Assembly: GCF_046105845.1 (NCBI RefSeq)
Contig: NZ_CP151004.1
Strand: one strand, 5' to 3'
DNA length: 64,000 bases
Source of the DNA: Escherichia coli
GTDB taxonomy: Bacteria; Pseudomonadota; Gammaproteobacteria; Enterobacterales; Enterobacteriaceae
The notes under the pieces are model-generated. The model was not told where the DNA came from. It saw only the letters and a program-made list of their open reading frames with translations, and did not search any database. The translations under genes and the position numbers were made by a program. Within the stretch, counting starts at the first letter, position 1. Every line of letters begins with the position of its first letter. Below are positions 37,282-47,714 of this stretch, in pieces.

Positions 37282-38667
37282 CTAGCGAATTGAAAAGCCG
37301 CTGGTTAACACGCAGCGTCGTGAGCGGGCAAAAGTCCGTGCTGACGTTGTCCCTTCTCCGGTCGGTGTTGCAATGGTAAAGGTCGTAAAGCCTTCGCCGC
37401 CGACGCCAATACCCGCCCAGGAGGGGCCGTTTTTGACAAAGATTGAGGTTTGCATAACGCGTGCGGCAAGGTTGAGCCGTGAGACGTTCTGCGAGTGCAT
37501 AATTGCCGTGTGGTGCAAGCCGTCTTCCACTTTCAGCGCCAGGGTGAGAGCGCTATCAAAATCGTTGACCTTCACAATGGGCAGCATTGGCATCAGTTGT
37601 TCACAAGTAACCCAACTATCATTGGCGTCGACAACAGCAATCAGTAGGCGCGGCGCTTTTGCGGGCAAAGGGAGGCCTGCCGCTTCCAGCAAGGCTGATG
37701 GGCTTTTCCCAACCAGTTTTTTGTTGGCGCTACCGTCTGGCAGGCAAATTGCACGCAATTTCTCCGTTTGCTCATAGTTAAGAAGAAGCGCGCCAAAACT
37801 TTGCATCTGCTGAATTAAATACTCTGCCACTGATGCTACGACAATCAGGCTTTTTTCAGCGATACACGGCAGGTTGTAATCAAATGAAGCGCCGTTGATG
37901 ATATCTTCGGCGGCTTTCACAATATCCGCCGTTTCATCGACGATACACGGAGGGTTACCCGCTCCGGCACCAATCACTTTCTTGCCACTTTTCATTCCCA
38001 TGGCGACGATCCCCGGACCGCCGGTAATCGCCAGAACGCTGATTTTAGGGTGCGCCATCATCTGTTCGGTAGCAGCAAAGGTCGGTTCAGATACGGTAAC
38101 GATCAGGTTATGAATGCCACTACAGCGAAACGCGATGTCTTCGATTATGGTAATCAGTTTTAACGAAACGTTTTTGGCTCCCGGGTGTGGACTGAAGTAG
38201 ACGCTATTACCTGCTGCCAGCATGCTGATGCTGTTGTTAATGATGGTTTCCGTGGGGTTGGTGCTTGGCGTGACCGAGCCAATCACCCCAAACGGAGAGT
38301 ATTCAAACAAAACCATGCCACCATCACCGGTCAGTGCTGTGGTGGTTAAATCTTCAATTCCAGGCGTGTTATCAAGTGCCGCTTTGTTTTTTAGGTACTT
38401 ATCTTCTTTATTTCCCATCCCCGTTTCTTTGGCGCTTTCTTCTGCCAGTTCGGTCAGGCGGGGCATTAATTCTTCGCGAATGGCGCTGATAATGGCGCTA
38501 CGGGTTTTAAGCGGGCACTGTTGAAAGCGTAAAAAGGCCTGGTGTGCTGCGCAGACCGCTTCATCAACAGTCTGGAAAATAGCGTTTCTTTGCGCTCGTT
38601 GCGTAGCGGGGGCAAGCTGCTCACGCAGAATATTGCGGATCAGTGTTTCTAATTCAGAGTTATTCAT
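37282..38667 (-). CDS. pduP: CoA-acylating propionaldehyde dehydrogenase
   Basis: 461 aa aldehyde dehydrogenase with amphipathic N-terminal extension MNNSELETLIRNILREQLA. Confidence 0.93.
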   Translation of the reverse strand: MNNSELETLIRNILREQLAPATQRAQRNAIFQTVDEAVCAAHQAFLRFQQCPLKTRSAIISAIREELMPRLTELAEESAKETGMGNKEDKYLKNKAALDNTPGIEDLTTTALTGDGGMVLFEYSPFGVIGSVTPSTNPTETIINNSISMLAAGNSVYFSPHPGAKNVSLKLITIIEDIAFRCSGIHNLIVTVSEPTFAATEQMMAHPKISVLAITGGPGIVAMGMKSGKKVIGAGAGNPPCIVDETADIVKAAEDIINGASFDYNLPCIAEKSLIVVASVAEYLIQQMQSFGALLLNYEQTEKLRAICLPDGSANKKLVGKSPSALLEAAGLPLPAKAPRLLIAVVDANDSWVTCEQLMPMLPIVKVNDFDSALTLALKVEDGLHHTAIMHSQNVSRLNLAARVMQTSIFVKNGPSWAGIGVGGEGFTTFTIATPTGEGTTSARTFARSRRCVLTSGFSIR

Positions 38668-39671
38668 TGGTTTACTCCCACGTTAATTGCCGCCATTGCG
38701 CTTTGGGCAATATCCATGTCTTGTTCAACGCTACCACCGCTGATGCCAAGCCCCCCGAGCAATATTCCGTCACGCCAGAGGGGGAAGCCGCCACCAAAGG
38801 TGACGACTTTGCCTTGCATATGGCTTTCGAGCCCATAAAGCGGCGCGCCGGGTTGCACGGTATCAGCAAGCTTGTGGGTTGCTGTTTTCATCGCCACGGC
38901 GGTCCAGGCTTTTTTCGGTGCCAGTTCACTGCTGACCAACAGGGCATCAGGCATCCGCCAGGTAACACTTTCTGTTCCGTTGGCATCAACAATGCTGATG
39001 ACAACGGGAATATGCAGTTCATCCGCGCGCATTGCCGCACTACGAATGAGCTGGTGAAGATCCTGAAATGTGAGCGGCATTGTGCGTTCCTTCAATGCTG
39101 GTGTGTGGTTGGCTTCGTGATAACGTTTTGTGATTTCCTGAATCATCAGGTTTTGATGAGCAACGTTGTCTTCCACTCGGGCGAGGGCATACAGGCAATC
39201 GGAAAGTCGGTTGATATAGTGCAGCAAAACATTCCGGACGTTGGTTTCCGTTGTCAGTTCAACCAGACGTCTTTCAGCCCGTCGAGCCACTGTGCGGGCG
39301 AAATGCATGTGGCTTGCGGCTTCAGATCGACCAGGCAGAATGAAGCTGTGAACTGGGGGGACGGCGTTCATTGCGCTATCGATCGCGTTTTCCAGCGCAG
39401 CAATTTCTTCCGTACTGATGTAACGCTGCTTCGCTGACGGCTGTTCGCTTTCACTCGCGAGTTCGGCGCTAAACCAAAATATCTGTTGTTGAATGGCTTC
39501 CAGTAAGATGCGATGGCTTTCGATGGCGGTGGCGCAATAACACAGACTGAGTGTCGCGTTCAGTTCATCCAGCGTGCCATAGGTTTCGACACGTAGATGA
39601 GTTTTGCTGACGCGCTGTCCGGTAAATAAAGACGTACTTCCTGAATCACCTGTTCGGGTATAAATTGCCAT
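38664..39671 (-). CDS. pduO: ATP:cob(I)alamin adenosyltransferase PduO
   Basis: 335 aa; N-terminal MAIYTRTGDSGSTSL PduO-type ATR domain plus C-terminal domain. Confidence 0.93.
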   Translation of the reverse strand: MAIYTRTGDSGSTSLFTGQRVSKTHLRVETYGTLDELNATLSLCYCATAIESHRILLEAIQQQIFWFSAELASESEQPSAKQRYISTEEIAALENAIDSAMNAVPPVHSFILPGRSEAASHMHFARTVARRAERRLVELTTETNVRNVLLHYINRLSDCLYALARVEDNVAHQNLMIQEITKRYHEANHTPALKERTMPLTFQDLHQLIRSAAMRADELHIPVVISIVDANGTESVTWRMPDALLVSSELAPKKAWTAVAMKTATHKLADTVQPGAPLYGLESHMQGKVVTFGGGFPLWRDGILLGGLGISGGSVEQDMDIAQSAMAAINVGVNQ

Positions 39672-39682
39672 CTTTCAGCTCC

Positions 39683-39958
39683 TTAGCGCGAAAGCGTATC
39701 GACAATGCCGACCACTGCCAGGTCGATGGCTTCGTTAGGGCCGGAAAACACATGTCTGGCGCTGGAACCACTGCTGAGGAGTACCAACTCACCAACGCCT
39801 GCGCCGACGGAATCAACGGCAACTTCGTCGCCAGTTAATGGCGTGAGAGGCAGTTCGCCGTCAGCACTGACCCGGCGAACCAGCAGCAGTTTTTTCCCGA
39901 TCAGAGAAGGTGATTTTTGCGTGGATACTACCGCGCCAGTGACTCGAGCCAGATGCAT
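39683..39958 (-). CDS. pduN: BMC vertex (pentamer) protein PduN
   Basis: 91 aa EutN/CcmL-family. Confidence 0.9.
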   Translation of the reverse strand: MHLARVTGAVVSTQKSPSLIGKKLLLVRRVSADGELPLTPLTGDEVAVDSVGAGVGELVLLSSGSSARHVFSGPNEAIDLAVVGIVDTLSR

Positions 39959-39961
39959 AGG

Positions 39962-40453
39962 TTACTCCTGCCTGATTAACTGAATATTTCGGGTAATTGC
40001 CGCTTCACGAGCCAGTGCGGTCACACAACATTTCCGCTGTAACACCAATATTCCCGAGCTTAACTGTGCGATATCGACATAACTTAAAAGTCGATCATGA
40101 TGTAGGTAGATCGGTTGCCCTTGTTCGTCGCACCAGCTTAGCGGTAGACGGGCGAGAGTCTTCAATTCAATGGCGTTCAGGAAATGACGCTGCAACGCCA
40201 ATTGAATGTGCATTCCCCAGGCTAACGCTTCGTGTATCTGGATTGCTGCTCGATCTGACGTTTCGTTCTCCGCAAGTTGTCGCAGCAGCGGCAGATCGAC
40301 ATATCGGATTTGTAATGACGCATACTGATGAACGCTCTCTTGAACGCTGGCGTCTCGCAGTTGAAAAACAGTCAGCACGAGTGTTTTTCCCGCACGTTGT
40401 TTAAGGCGAAAAACCACTTCGTCAACAATACGTTGCATCAGTATGTTATTCAT
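39962..40453 (-). CDS. pduM: microcompartment structural protein PduM
   Basis: 163 aa; position between pduL and pduN; overlaps pduL stop. Confidence 0.85.
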   Translation of the reverse strand: MNNILMQRIVDEVVFRLKQRAGKTLVLTVFQLRDASVQESVHQYASLQIRYVDLPLLRQLAENETSDRAAIQIHEALAWGMHIQLALQRHFLNAIELKTLARLPLSWCDEQGQPIYLHHDRLLSYVDIAQLSSGILVLQRKCCVTALAREAAITRNIQLIRQE

Positions 40454-41082
40454 GGCATTGACACCAGTGTGGCAAAAACGTCAGGGCTATCAGCCCCTGC
40501 GGCGTTGGCCTCATCGGTATCAATATGCATTTCAAGACGCATATCCGGAGAGACGCGAACAGCGACGTTTTCGAATATCAGTCGTCGCTCATCACCTTCA
40601 ATGGCAACCGCCACTTTTTCGCCATGCGTAACGCCATAAATCAGGGCATCCAGCGGAGACATATGAATATGCCGTTGCGCGACAATGACGCCAGATGTGA
40701 TCTCCAGTTCCGCAAATGGACTTATCAAACGAATCCCCGGAGTGCCGCTGAGATCGCCTGACATGCGTAGCGGGGCGGTGATCCCTAACGTTCTGGCGTC
40801 CGTCCGGGAAATTTCCACCTGACTTGCATTGCGTAGCGGCCCCAACAAGCGAACGTTGTGCAATTTACCTTTTGGTCCCTCCAGCGTAACAACCTGTTCA
40901 GCAGCGAATTGGCCAGGTTGCATTAACGGCTTTTTCTCGCTAATCGGTTGTTCAGGAAAAAGACGCAAATAATCCGCTGTTGAAAGATGAATATGACGAC
41001 TGGAAACACCCAGAGGGATAGGGCGCTCACGCATCTCATCCAGAATCTGGCTCACTGTTTCCTGCAAGGTTTGTTTATCCAC
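40450..41082 (-). CDS. pduL: phosphate propanoyltransferase PduL
   Basis: 210 aa; PduL/EutD-type phosphotransacylase with N-terminal amphipathic peptide. Confidence 0.92.
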   Translation of the reverse strand: MDKQTLQETVSQILDEMRERPIPLGVSSRHIHLSTADYLRLFPEQPISEKKPLMQPGQFAAEQVVTLEGPKGKLHNVRLLGPLRNASQVEISRTDARTLGITAPLRMSGDLSGTPGIRLISPFAELEITSGVIVAQRHIHMSPLDALIYGVTHGEKVAVAIEGDERRLIFENVAVRVSPDMRLEMHIDTDEANAAGADSPDVFATLVSMP

Positions 41083-41084
41083 TG

Positions 41085-41507
41085 CTACTCCCCTCGCTTA
41101 TTGGTGTGCAGGCAAAGTGAGCGGGGCTCACCTTTTTGCCGCTGACATGCCGGGTCAAGACACAAATTACAACTGATAATCTCTGAGGTGACGGTTGTTG
41201 CTGGTGTTTCGCTTGTTTCAACCGTCCCAGTCAATGCTTCAGTTGTGTGGGGCAGAATGCCGTCTCCCGGGCGGGCAATTACTTTGTGTGCGACAAGGCT
41301 ATTTCGCTGTCCGGCGAAACTGGCTCCCGTCGCGATCGCCGCATTAACCGAGGCGACGTCACCGGTGATTTTGATGAGCGTCCAGCCTGAGCCATTGGTC
41401 TTCTCAAGGCCAACCAGCATGATAGACGCGGCTTTTGCCATAGCGTCTGCGCAACTGATGGCGAGAGCCAGACCACTGACTTCAAGTAATCCCAGTGATT
41501 GCTTCAC
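41085..41507 (-). CDS. pduK: BMC shell protein PduK
   Basis: 140 aa; N-terminal BMC domain plus Cys-containing C-terminal tail. Confidence 0.88.
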   Translation of the reverse strand: MKQSLGLLEVSGLALAISCADAMAKAASIMLVGLEKTNGSGWTLIKITGDVASVNAAIATGASFAGQRNSLVAHKVIARPGDGILPHTTEALTGTVETSETPATTVTSEIISCNLCLDPACQRQKGEPRSLCLHTNKRGE

Positions 41508-41530
41508 GCTGTGCTCCTTAGCAAATGGGG

Positions 41531-41806
41531 TTATGCCGATTTAGGTAAAATAGCCTCAACATCACTGTGTGGGCGCGGGATGACATGGCAGGATTTCACT
41601 TCGCCAACTGCGCTTGCCGCAGCGCTCCCCGCATCCACGGCGGCCTTTACTGCACCAACATCACCGCGGACCATCACCGTAATCAGACCCGAACCAATCT
41701 TTTCATAGCCAACCAGTTGCACGTTGGCGGATTTAACCATGGCATCTGCAGCTTCAATTGCGCCAACTAACCCTTTTGTTTCAACCAGTCCTAGTGCGTT
41801 GTTCAT
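41531..41806 (-). CDS. pduJ: BMC shell protein PduJ
   Basis: 91 aa canonical BMC hexamer protein, close paralogue of PduA. Confidence 0.93.
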   Translation of the reverse strand: MNNALGLVETKGLVGAIEAADAMVKSANVQLVGYEKIGSGLITVMVRGDVGAVKAAVDAGSAAASAVGEVKSCHVIPRPHSDVEAILPKSA

Positions 41807-41825
41807 ACTGCTTTTCTCCTGTGGA

Positions 41826-42176
41826 TTATGAGTGGAGTTCCCGGAAGGGAATCCCTTTTACCAGGCGGGCAGCGTTAGAGCCAATGCTGCGCCGGGCATG
41901 GTTATCTTGTTGATACATCAGCGTAAACAGTGGCGCTGATGCCGGTAAGTTTTTGTAATGCACAATCAGTTTTTCCTGATCGCAGGCAATGCCAACCAAC
42001 AGGGGAGATTGACGAGCAGCCAGCCAGGCGCTATCGATAACTTCACCTGACGGAATGTGTTGAATGCGAAAGGGAATACCTTCCTCTTCAATGCCAAGAA
42101 GCACCTCATCCCATATAGTGATGCAGTTACCGATCTCCATGACGACGATGGCTGGTGCTCGCTCTTTACTTTCCAT
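41826..42176 (-). CDS. pduH: diol dehydratase reactivase small subunit
   Basis: 116 aa; follows pduG with an 11-nt overlap. Confidence 0.9.
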   Translation of the reverse strand: MESKERAPAIVVMEIGNCITIWDEVLLGIEEEGIPFRIQHIPSGEVIDSAWLAARQSPLLVGIACDQEKLIVHYKNLPASAPLFTLMYQQDNHARRSIGSNAARLVKGIPFRELHS

Positions 42177-43998
42177 GAATCGACTCCTTGTGCCAGGCGA
42201 TGAGTAGCCCAGTAGCTACCGCGTTGCGCGGACCTTCGCTACCACGGATATTCCCCCGTCCGGCGACCAATCGATAATGCGCCAATGCATCGGTGACTAA
42301 CTGCGGTACTTCGAAATCCAGCGAAGAACCGCCCACCAGAACGACGAACGGAATATCGCGAATATTTCCTGCAGGGCTTACCTGACGTAGCGCGCGCAGG
42401 GCATTGGTTACGAAGACACGCTCTTTCGCACTGCGACGGACAGCGCGTACTTTTTCCAGCGTCAAATCACCGGGAATAGGCACCAGTTCGTCGGGTTTCA
42501 CTACACAGACGCGGGCAAATACATGGGGGGATAGGGGAGTAGGGAAGAACTGAACGCTGCCATCTTCATGGCGTAAGTGGAACAGGCTTTCTACTTTTGC
42601 CAACGGGTACTTTTTGATTTCTTCTGCCAGATAACGATCATTTAAGCCCAGCTCACGAACGATAATCATCGTTACCATGTCGCCCGCACCCGCAAGGTGA
42701 GTGGCAACAATTTCCCCTTTCTGATTGATGATGGAGGCATCGGTAGAGCCTGCACCTAAGTCCAGAATTGCCAGTGGACGTGTGGTTCCAGGGGTAGTCA
42801 AGGCCCCCTGAATGGCGGCTTCTGCTTCTGCGCCTCCTACCTGAACATCAACATGCAGTTTTTGCTTAATTTCACTGGCGATCATTGCCATTTGCAGACG
42901 GTCGGATTTCACCATAGAGGCAATACCCACAGCCTGTTCCAGTGAAAATTCACCTGCCAGACCGCCGGTTACGCTGACGGGGACAGAGGTATCTATCGCC
43001 AGCAAATCCTGAATAAAAATTTCGTTGCTGGGTTTGTTGGTCAGTTCCGCCATGGTCTGGCGAACATGTTCCAGCATTCCGCCGATGTTGGTGCCTGGTT
43101 CTCCCGTCACGTTTTCCAGTTTTGGGCACTCACCGACCGCTTTCATAATGGCATCGGCACCAGCAGCTACATCAACGCGCGTTGTGCGCCCGGCAGAAAG
43201 CAGTTCGATATTTCCGGCGGGTATCGAACGGGCTTTAACGTCGCCAGAAGGCGTTTTCACTACCACTGCTGAACGGTTGCCGATTAGCGCCCGCGCGACA
43301 GGAACAATATTTTTAGTCTCTTCAGCATTGAGGGCGAAAACGGTGGCAATCCCATACGGGTTAGATAGGGTTTCGATAACTTTCCCGGGAACGGCAACTT
43401 CAATTGCAGCCAGCATGCCGAGCGGAATACGATCGATGTAGAGGACTTCATCAACAATAGGTAGAGGAATTTCCAGGCGGTTATTGACCAGTACGCCATC
43501 GTCGCGTTGCAGAATAACGCCAGTCAGCTGATATCCGGCGCGTACGGAGGCGTTTATCATCGTCGCGATATCGGCAAAATCAAATGCCGATGACACCACC
43601 AGGATGTAAGGTGTGTCCGCCGGGCGTGTTAATAACTCTTGCGGAGTGATGGTGAGCCCTACGCCCAGCCCCACTCCGCCCGGAGTTTTCGGGTTGTGAC
43701 CGATCATGGTTGATTCGGTGATGATGGTTTCAGTGATGGTTTCCATCGCCACATCACCAATGACCGGAGTTGCTTCGTTGATACGAATAAGCGAAATATC
43801 GCTAACATTGATGCCGACTTTTTTCGTTGCCTGTGCGAGCGCCTCCTGAATACCATGGACGTTACGCAACGTACCTTTAATTCCGGTGGTTTCCGCCAGG
43901 GCGCTACTTACGAACGACAACTCTCCAGTTGCACTGAGCGTTGCCAGCGCAATCTCTGTTGATGAGTTACCGATATCAATGCCTGCTATATATCGCAT
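42166..43998 (-). CDS. pduG: diol dehydratase reactivase large subunit
   Basis: 610 aa; actin/Hsp70-like ATPase fold, N-terminal MRYIAGIDIGNSSTE. Confidence 0.95.
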   Translation of the reverse strand: MRYIAGIDIGNSSTEIALATLSATGELSFVSSALAETTGIKGTLRNVHGIQEALAQATKKVGINVSDISLIRINEATPVIGDVAMETITETIITESTMIGHNPKTPGGVGLGVGLTITPQELLTRPADTPYILVVSSAFDFADIATMINASVRAGYQLTGVILQRDDGVLVNNRLEIPLPIVDEVLYIDRIPLGMLAAIEVAVPGKVIETLSNPYGIATVFALNAEETKNIVPVARALIGNRSAVVVKTPSGDVKARSIPAGNIELLSAGRTTRVDVAAGADAIMKAVGECPKLENVTGEPGTNIGGMLEHVRQTMAELTNKPSNEIFIQDLLAIDTSVPVSVTGGLAGEFSLEQAVGIASMVKSDRLQMAMIASEIKQKLHVDVQVGGAEAEAAIQGALTTPGTTRPLAILDLGAGSTDASIINQKGEIVATHLAGAGDMVTMIIVRELGLNDRYLAEEIKKYPLAKVESLFHLRHEDGSVQFFPTPLSPHVFARVCVVKPDELVPIPGDLTLEKVRAVRRSAKERVFVTNALRALRQVSPAGNIRDIPFVVLVGGSSLDFEVPQLVTDALAHYRLVAGRGNIRGSEGPRNAVATGLLIAWHKESIHGK

Positions 43999-44007
43999 AG
44001 TTCGTCC

Positions 44008-44526
44008 TTAATCGTCGCCTTTCAGTTTTTTGCGCTCGACATAAAGCTCCGCAGCTTCACGGACAAATGCAGCACAAATTTTGGCCTGATAACGCCGTTC
44101 AAGATCGTCAGCAATGGCAATGAGTTCTTGCTTAGTCGAACGATAAGGGCGTAACGCATTGTAGATTTCGAGGATACGATCATCCGGTACTGAGGTAAGC
44201 TCAGCGGCGCGTTCAAAATTCATCGCCAGACGATCGCGACCAGCATCTCTGGCAATCGCAGCCTGAATACGCAATGTTTCAGGGGTAATGCGCATATCCT
44301 GGGCGGTGACGTTATCGCTTAGCACATTTTCCAGAGTGAAATCGTCGAGCGTTTTATTGGTTGCTGTTTTAACCCATTCCGGATGTTTATTTGCCAGCGG
44401 ATAATCCGTCACTTTGGCGCTCTGTATTGACGCGCTGGGGACCGCAGAAACAGGAGCTGCATCCTGTAAACTGTTCATGCGATTCAACACGTCCCTGACC
44501 ATCGACTCAATTGCATCGGTATTCAT
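44008..44526 (-). CDS. pduE: B12-dependent diol dehydratase small (gamma) subunit
   Basis: 172 aa. Confidence 0.93.
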   Translation of the reverse strand: MNTDAIESMVRDVLNRMNSLQDAAPVSAVPSASIQSAKVTDYPLANKHPEWVKTATNKTLDDFTLENVLSDNVTAQDMRITPETLRIQAAIARDAGRDRLAMNFERAAELTSVPDDRILEIYNALRPYRSTKQELIAIADDLERRYQAKICAAFVREAAELYVERKKLKGDD

Positions 44527-44540
44527 GAAGATTTCCTTTG

Positions 44541-45209
44541 TTAAAACGTCACGCGCAGTTCTTGCGGTTTTTTGCCAGTGACCACGTACTTCGTCTCTTT
44601 GATATGCAAAATGGCAGATTTAGCCTGGTATTTCGGCCGCGCCATTTGATCGTTGAGGGTCGGCACCGGTTGTGGAGACTCACGCTTTGCATAACGCGCG
44701 GCGTTTTTGCCAATCTGACGATAAGTTTCCAGCGTCAACAAAGGCGCTTGTGGGAATAGTTCCAGGTTAGACAAGGGAGGAAGACCCTGCTGGTGGATAA
44801 CCGTTGTGCCTTTCGACTGAATACCGATAGCAATACCTGAACCACTAAGACGATCGCCTTCGACTGCTACGAATGCGACATCGGACGATTTAAAGCAGCG
44901 AATCACACGGGCTTTAATGCCTTCTTCTTCAATACCAGCAATCACTTCGCGCAAGATGTTTTTATGCGGAATACCGATGATATTGACGGTTTGCGCCAGG
45001 CCGAACGCCGGGCCTACAGCAATAATGACTTCATCTTGCTGAGTGCCTTGTTGGGCTTCGCCAATTTCGGTCAGAAAATTTCCGGTATCTGGCGCGGAAG
45101 AGGCAGTTGCAGAGACAGGTGCGCGAAATGAAACGGGCTTGTCGCTGGTTTGCATTTCTGCCAGCACGTCTTCGATAATCTGACGCAGTAATTTTTCGTT
45201 AATTTCCAT
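44541..45209 (-). CDS. pduD: B12-dependent diol dehydratase medium (beta) subunit
   Basis: 222 aa with N-terminal amphipathic extension [19 protein letters not shown]. Confidence 0.93.
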   Translation of the reverse strand: MEINEKLLRQIIEDVLAEMQTSDKPVSFRAPVSATASSAPDTGNFLTEIGEAQQGTQQDEVIIAVGPAFGLAQTVNIIGIPHKNILREVIAGIEEEGIKARVIRCFKSSDVAFVAVEGDRLSGSGIAIGIQSKGTTVIHQQGLPPLSNLELFPQAPLLTLETYRQIGKNAARYAKRESPQPVPTLNDQMARPKYQAKSAILHIKETKYVVTGKKPQELRVTF

Positions 45210-45218
45210 GTCTCACCC

Positions 45219-46883
45219 TTAGTCAATTTCGTTGGGATCAAGTGCACCGGGAATATTTTTGATCTCTTCCCAGCGTTCCCCTTGCAGGCGGTAACCTGTA
45301 GCCGGTCCGGCGTAATCATTGACGTCATTGACCGCAGAGAGCACTTGTCCGTCATCGACGATGATGGCTGAGGTATGGAGATAATCGCCGGTCAGTTTTG
45401 CTTTTTGCATGTTGAGCATGTCCTGGGCGACATCGGTAAAACCGCCTTGCGCCAGGGCTTTCACCACTTCCAGGCTGTTCCGGTTTTTATTGATAATCTC
45501 CTGGGCGAACTTGATGTCTTCCACAATATTGCGCTCAGGCATATCTTTTGAACCGTGGGCATAGGTTGCCGCTTCGACTTCTTCATCGGTAATAGGCGGT
45601 AGTCCCATACCGGCAAAGACAGCCTGTAAAGCGCGAGCGGCTTTATTGCGGATAGCGATAACATCTTCTTCGCGTACTGGTCGCAGGCCGCCATCAACCT
45701 TCAGGTCACGCTGAATGACGTTGTAATCATCGAAGTCTTCAGCATCTTCGTTTGAACCAGCAAACATGTTGTCATAGTTCGGCACAGCGGAAAAACCGGA
45801 AGAGATAAAGTCGGTACCTGGCAGAAACTGCATCAGGAAACGTGCGGTACGGCGCATATCCGAGTGGGTAAAGGTCTGGTCATTACTGGAGGCGCATTCC
45901 AGATCCAGCGATGAGCAAATTAAGTTTTCCGCTAATACTGCGCGGATGCCTGATGGCACAGCTGATGGAACACCGATGCAGCTTACCGAACCATTCTGCA
46001 GGCCCTGAACGCCTGCGGCTTTGGTGATGTAAATGCAACGAGCCTCGAGATAAAGCATTGATTTGCCTTCCGCGTAACCCATCTGTACTTCAGAGCCGGA
46101 GCCGGAAGTAAAGCGCATTTTTAAGCCGCGAGACGCATAGGATGACGCGAGAAATCCTTTTGACCACGGGGTGTCATCGCCATCGGTGAAAACAGGTTCT
46201 GTACCATAGACAGAAATTGTTTCGGCGTAACAGGTGTGGCCTAACATACCGAGTTTCAGTTCGGTGGCTTCTTCCAGTGAACACTGGGTCAAGACGCCCG
46301 GACGTCCCACCTGTGAGCCGACCAGCAGGGCGATGGCGTTGAACGGGGCATAGCGAGCAACGGCAACGGTGGTTTCCTGTTCATCAAACCCGCGCCATGC
46401 GCCTTCAGCTGCGTCGGCGGCAATTTGTACCGGGTTATCTTTGACGTTGGTGACGTGAGCCTGTTGTGATGGTGTTCGACGGGCGCGCATTTTCTGCATC
46501 GCCATCATCATCTCTACCACGTTCATCAGCGAAACAACTTCGACGATTTTTGCAGGCGTCATTGCTGTGGTAAGGGGAACGATATTGCTACGTTTGACAT
46601 TTGGATCGCACAACATATTGGCAAGTTTTACCGAATCCATCGCGATGACTTCTTCTGCGCGCGCGAGATTGATGCCGTAGCGGGCGATAAAGTGGTCGAT
46701 CAGGTCAAACTGGCTGGCGGGTTTTCCATCCAGTTCGGTAACGACGCCGTTAACAATTTTGATTGATGGTTTAGGATCGTTCGGGCTTTCCATCGCAATG
46801 AAGCCTTCTTCAATCCACTCTTTAACGAAACCGTCCTGGTTGACCGGGCGTTTTGCCAGTGCTTCAAATCTTTTCGATCTCAT
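45219..46883 (-). CDS. pduC: B12-dependent diol dehydratase large (alpha) subunit
   Basis: 554 aa; matches PduC throughout. Confidence 0.97.
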   Translation of the reverse strand: MRSKRFEALAKRPVNQDGFVKEWIEEGFIAMESPNDPKPSIKIVNGVVTELDGKPASQFDLIDHFIARYGINLARAEEVIAMDSVKLANMLCDPNVKRSNIVPLTTAMTPAKIVEVVSLMNVVEMMMAMQKMRARRTPSQQAHVTNVKDNPVQIAADAAEGAWRGFDEQETTVAVARYAPFNAIALLVGSQVGRPGVLTQCSLEEATELKLGMLGHTCYAETISVYGTEPVFTDGDDTPWSKGFLASSYASRGLKMRFTSGSGSEVQMGYAEGKSMLYLEARCIYITKAAGVQGLQNGSVSCIGVPSAVPSGIRAVLAENLICSSLDLECASSNDQTFTHSDMRRTARFLMQFLPGTDFISSGFSAVPNYDNMFAGSNEDAEDFDDYNVIQRDLKVDGGLRPVREEDVIAIRNKAARALQAVFAGMGLPPITDEEVEAATYAHGSKDMPERNIVEDIKFAQEIINKNRNSLEVVKALAQGGFTDVAQDMLNMQKAKLTGDYLHTSAIIVDDGQVLSAVNDVNDYAGPATGYRLQGERWEEIKNIPGALDPNEID

Positions 46884-46901
46884 AAATCTGCCTCAGAGAA
46901 T

Positions 46902-47714
46902 TCAGATGTAGGAAGGGCGATCGTTTTTCGGTGTATCGCCGAGAGTCGAAAGCACGGTTTTACCGATTTCGCGTGCAGAGATGACCGCCTGGCGGACTGC
47001 GCCGGAGTCACCCGAGATAATCAGAATGACTTCATTGCTGTAGCTGGTGCCTTGAGCGGGGGAGCTGTATGCCACAACATCCACATTGGCGGACTTCAGC
47101 GCGGTGTCGGCCATCAGAACACCCACAGCAGCCGGAGCGCCGACAATAACGCCGCAAGCCCGTCCCAATGGTGCACCAAACGCTTTTTCCAGTGCATAGC
47201 TGGCGCGGGCGGTATATTGCAGCTCAAGATGTCCGGCTTCGTTGGCATAGACATCGCCAAAGGTCCGATCGAGTTCTTTCAGGGCGACTTCAATACCGCG
47301 TTTCACGTCGGAAACATCGTTGCCACCTAAGAGGATCAATGAGCCATGTCCGGCACCGCCTTTAGTATCCCGAGGAAGTTCAATGCTAATAACTTCAGTG
47401 TTGGTGGCTTTTACCGCTTCATCAGCGGCCATAATGTGTGGCCCTGCGCCAATACGCGCACCCAGAATGCCAATGGAACGATAGCGTTTTTCAAGTTTCA
47501 TTGCGTCCAACAGGGCGCTATCAACGTTCGCAATGACCAGACCTACAGTGTCGCCAATAGCGGTGCCAACAAATTCTGTTAACGTGCAGCTTTTTTCTGC
47601 CATAGCCGTCTCTCGTATTTGATGAGTGGTTTTCGGGAGAACCTCATGCTCTGGCGTCGCTACGCGAGCGATGACCTGCGCCATGATCTGTTTGACCAGT
47701 TCATTGCTGCTCAT
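46902..47714 (-). CDS. pduB: BMC shell protein PduB (tandem BMC domains; internal start gives PduB')
   Basis: 270 aa; in-frame internal Met at residue 38 (codon 47601..47603). Confidence 0.95.
   Translation of the reverse strand: MSSNELVKQIMAQVIARVATPEHEVLPKTTHQIRETAMAEKSCTLTEFVGTAIGDTVGLVIANVDSALLDAMKLEKRYRSIGILGARIGAGPHIMAADEAVKATNTEVISIELPRDTKGGAGHGSLILLGGNDVSDVKRGIEVALKELDRTFGDVYANEAGHLELQYTARASYALEKAFGAPLGRACGVIVGAPAAVGVLMADTALKSANVDVVAYSSPAQGTSYSNEVILIISGDSGAVRQAVISAREIGKTVLSTLGDTPKNDRPSYI

Noticed and set aside
43025-43441. 138-aa plus-strand ORF inside pduG
   Set aside because: Fully embedded antisense to pduG, which is strongly supported; no independent ribosome-binding site or motif.
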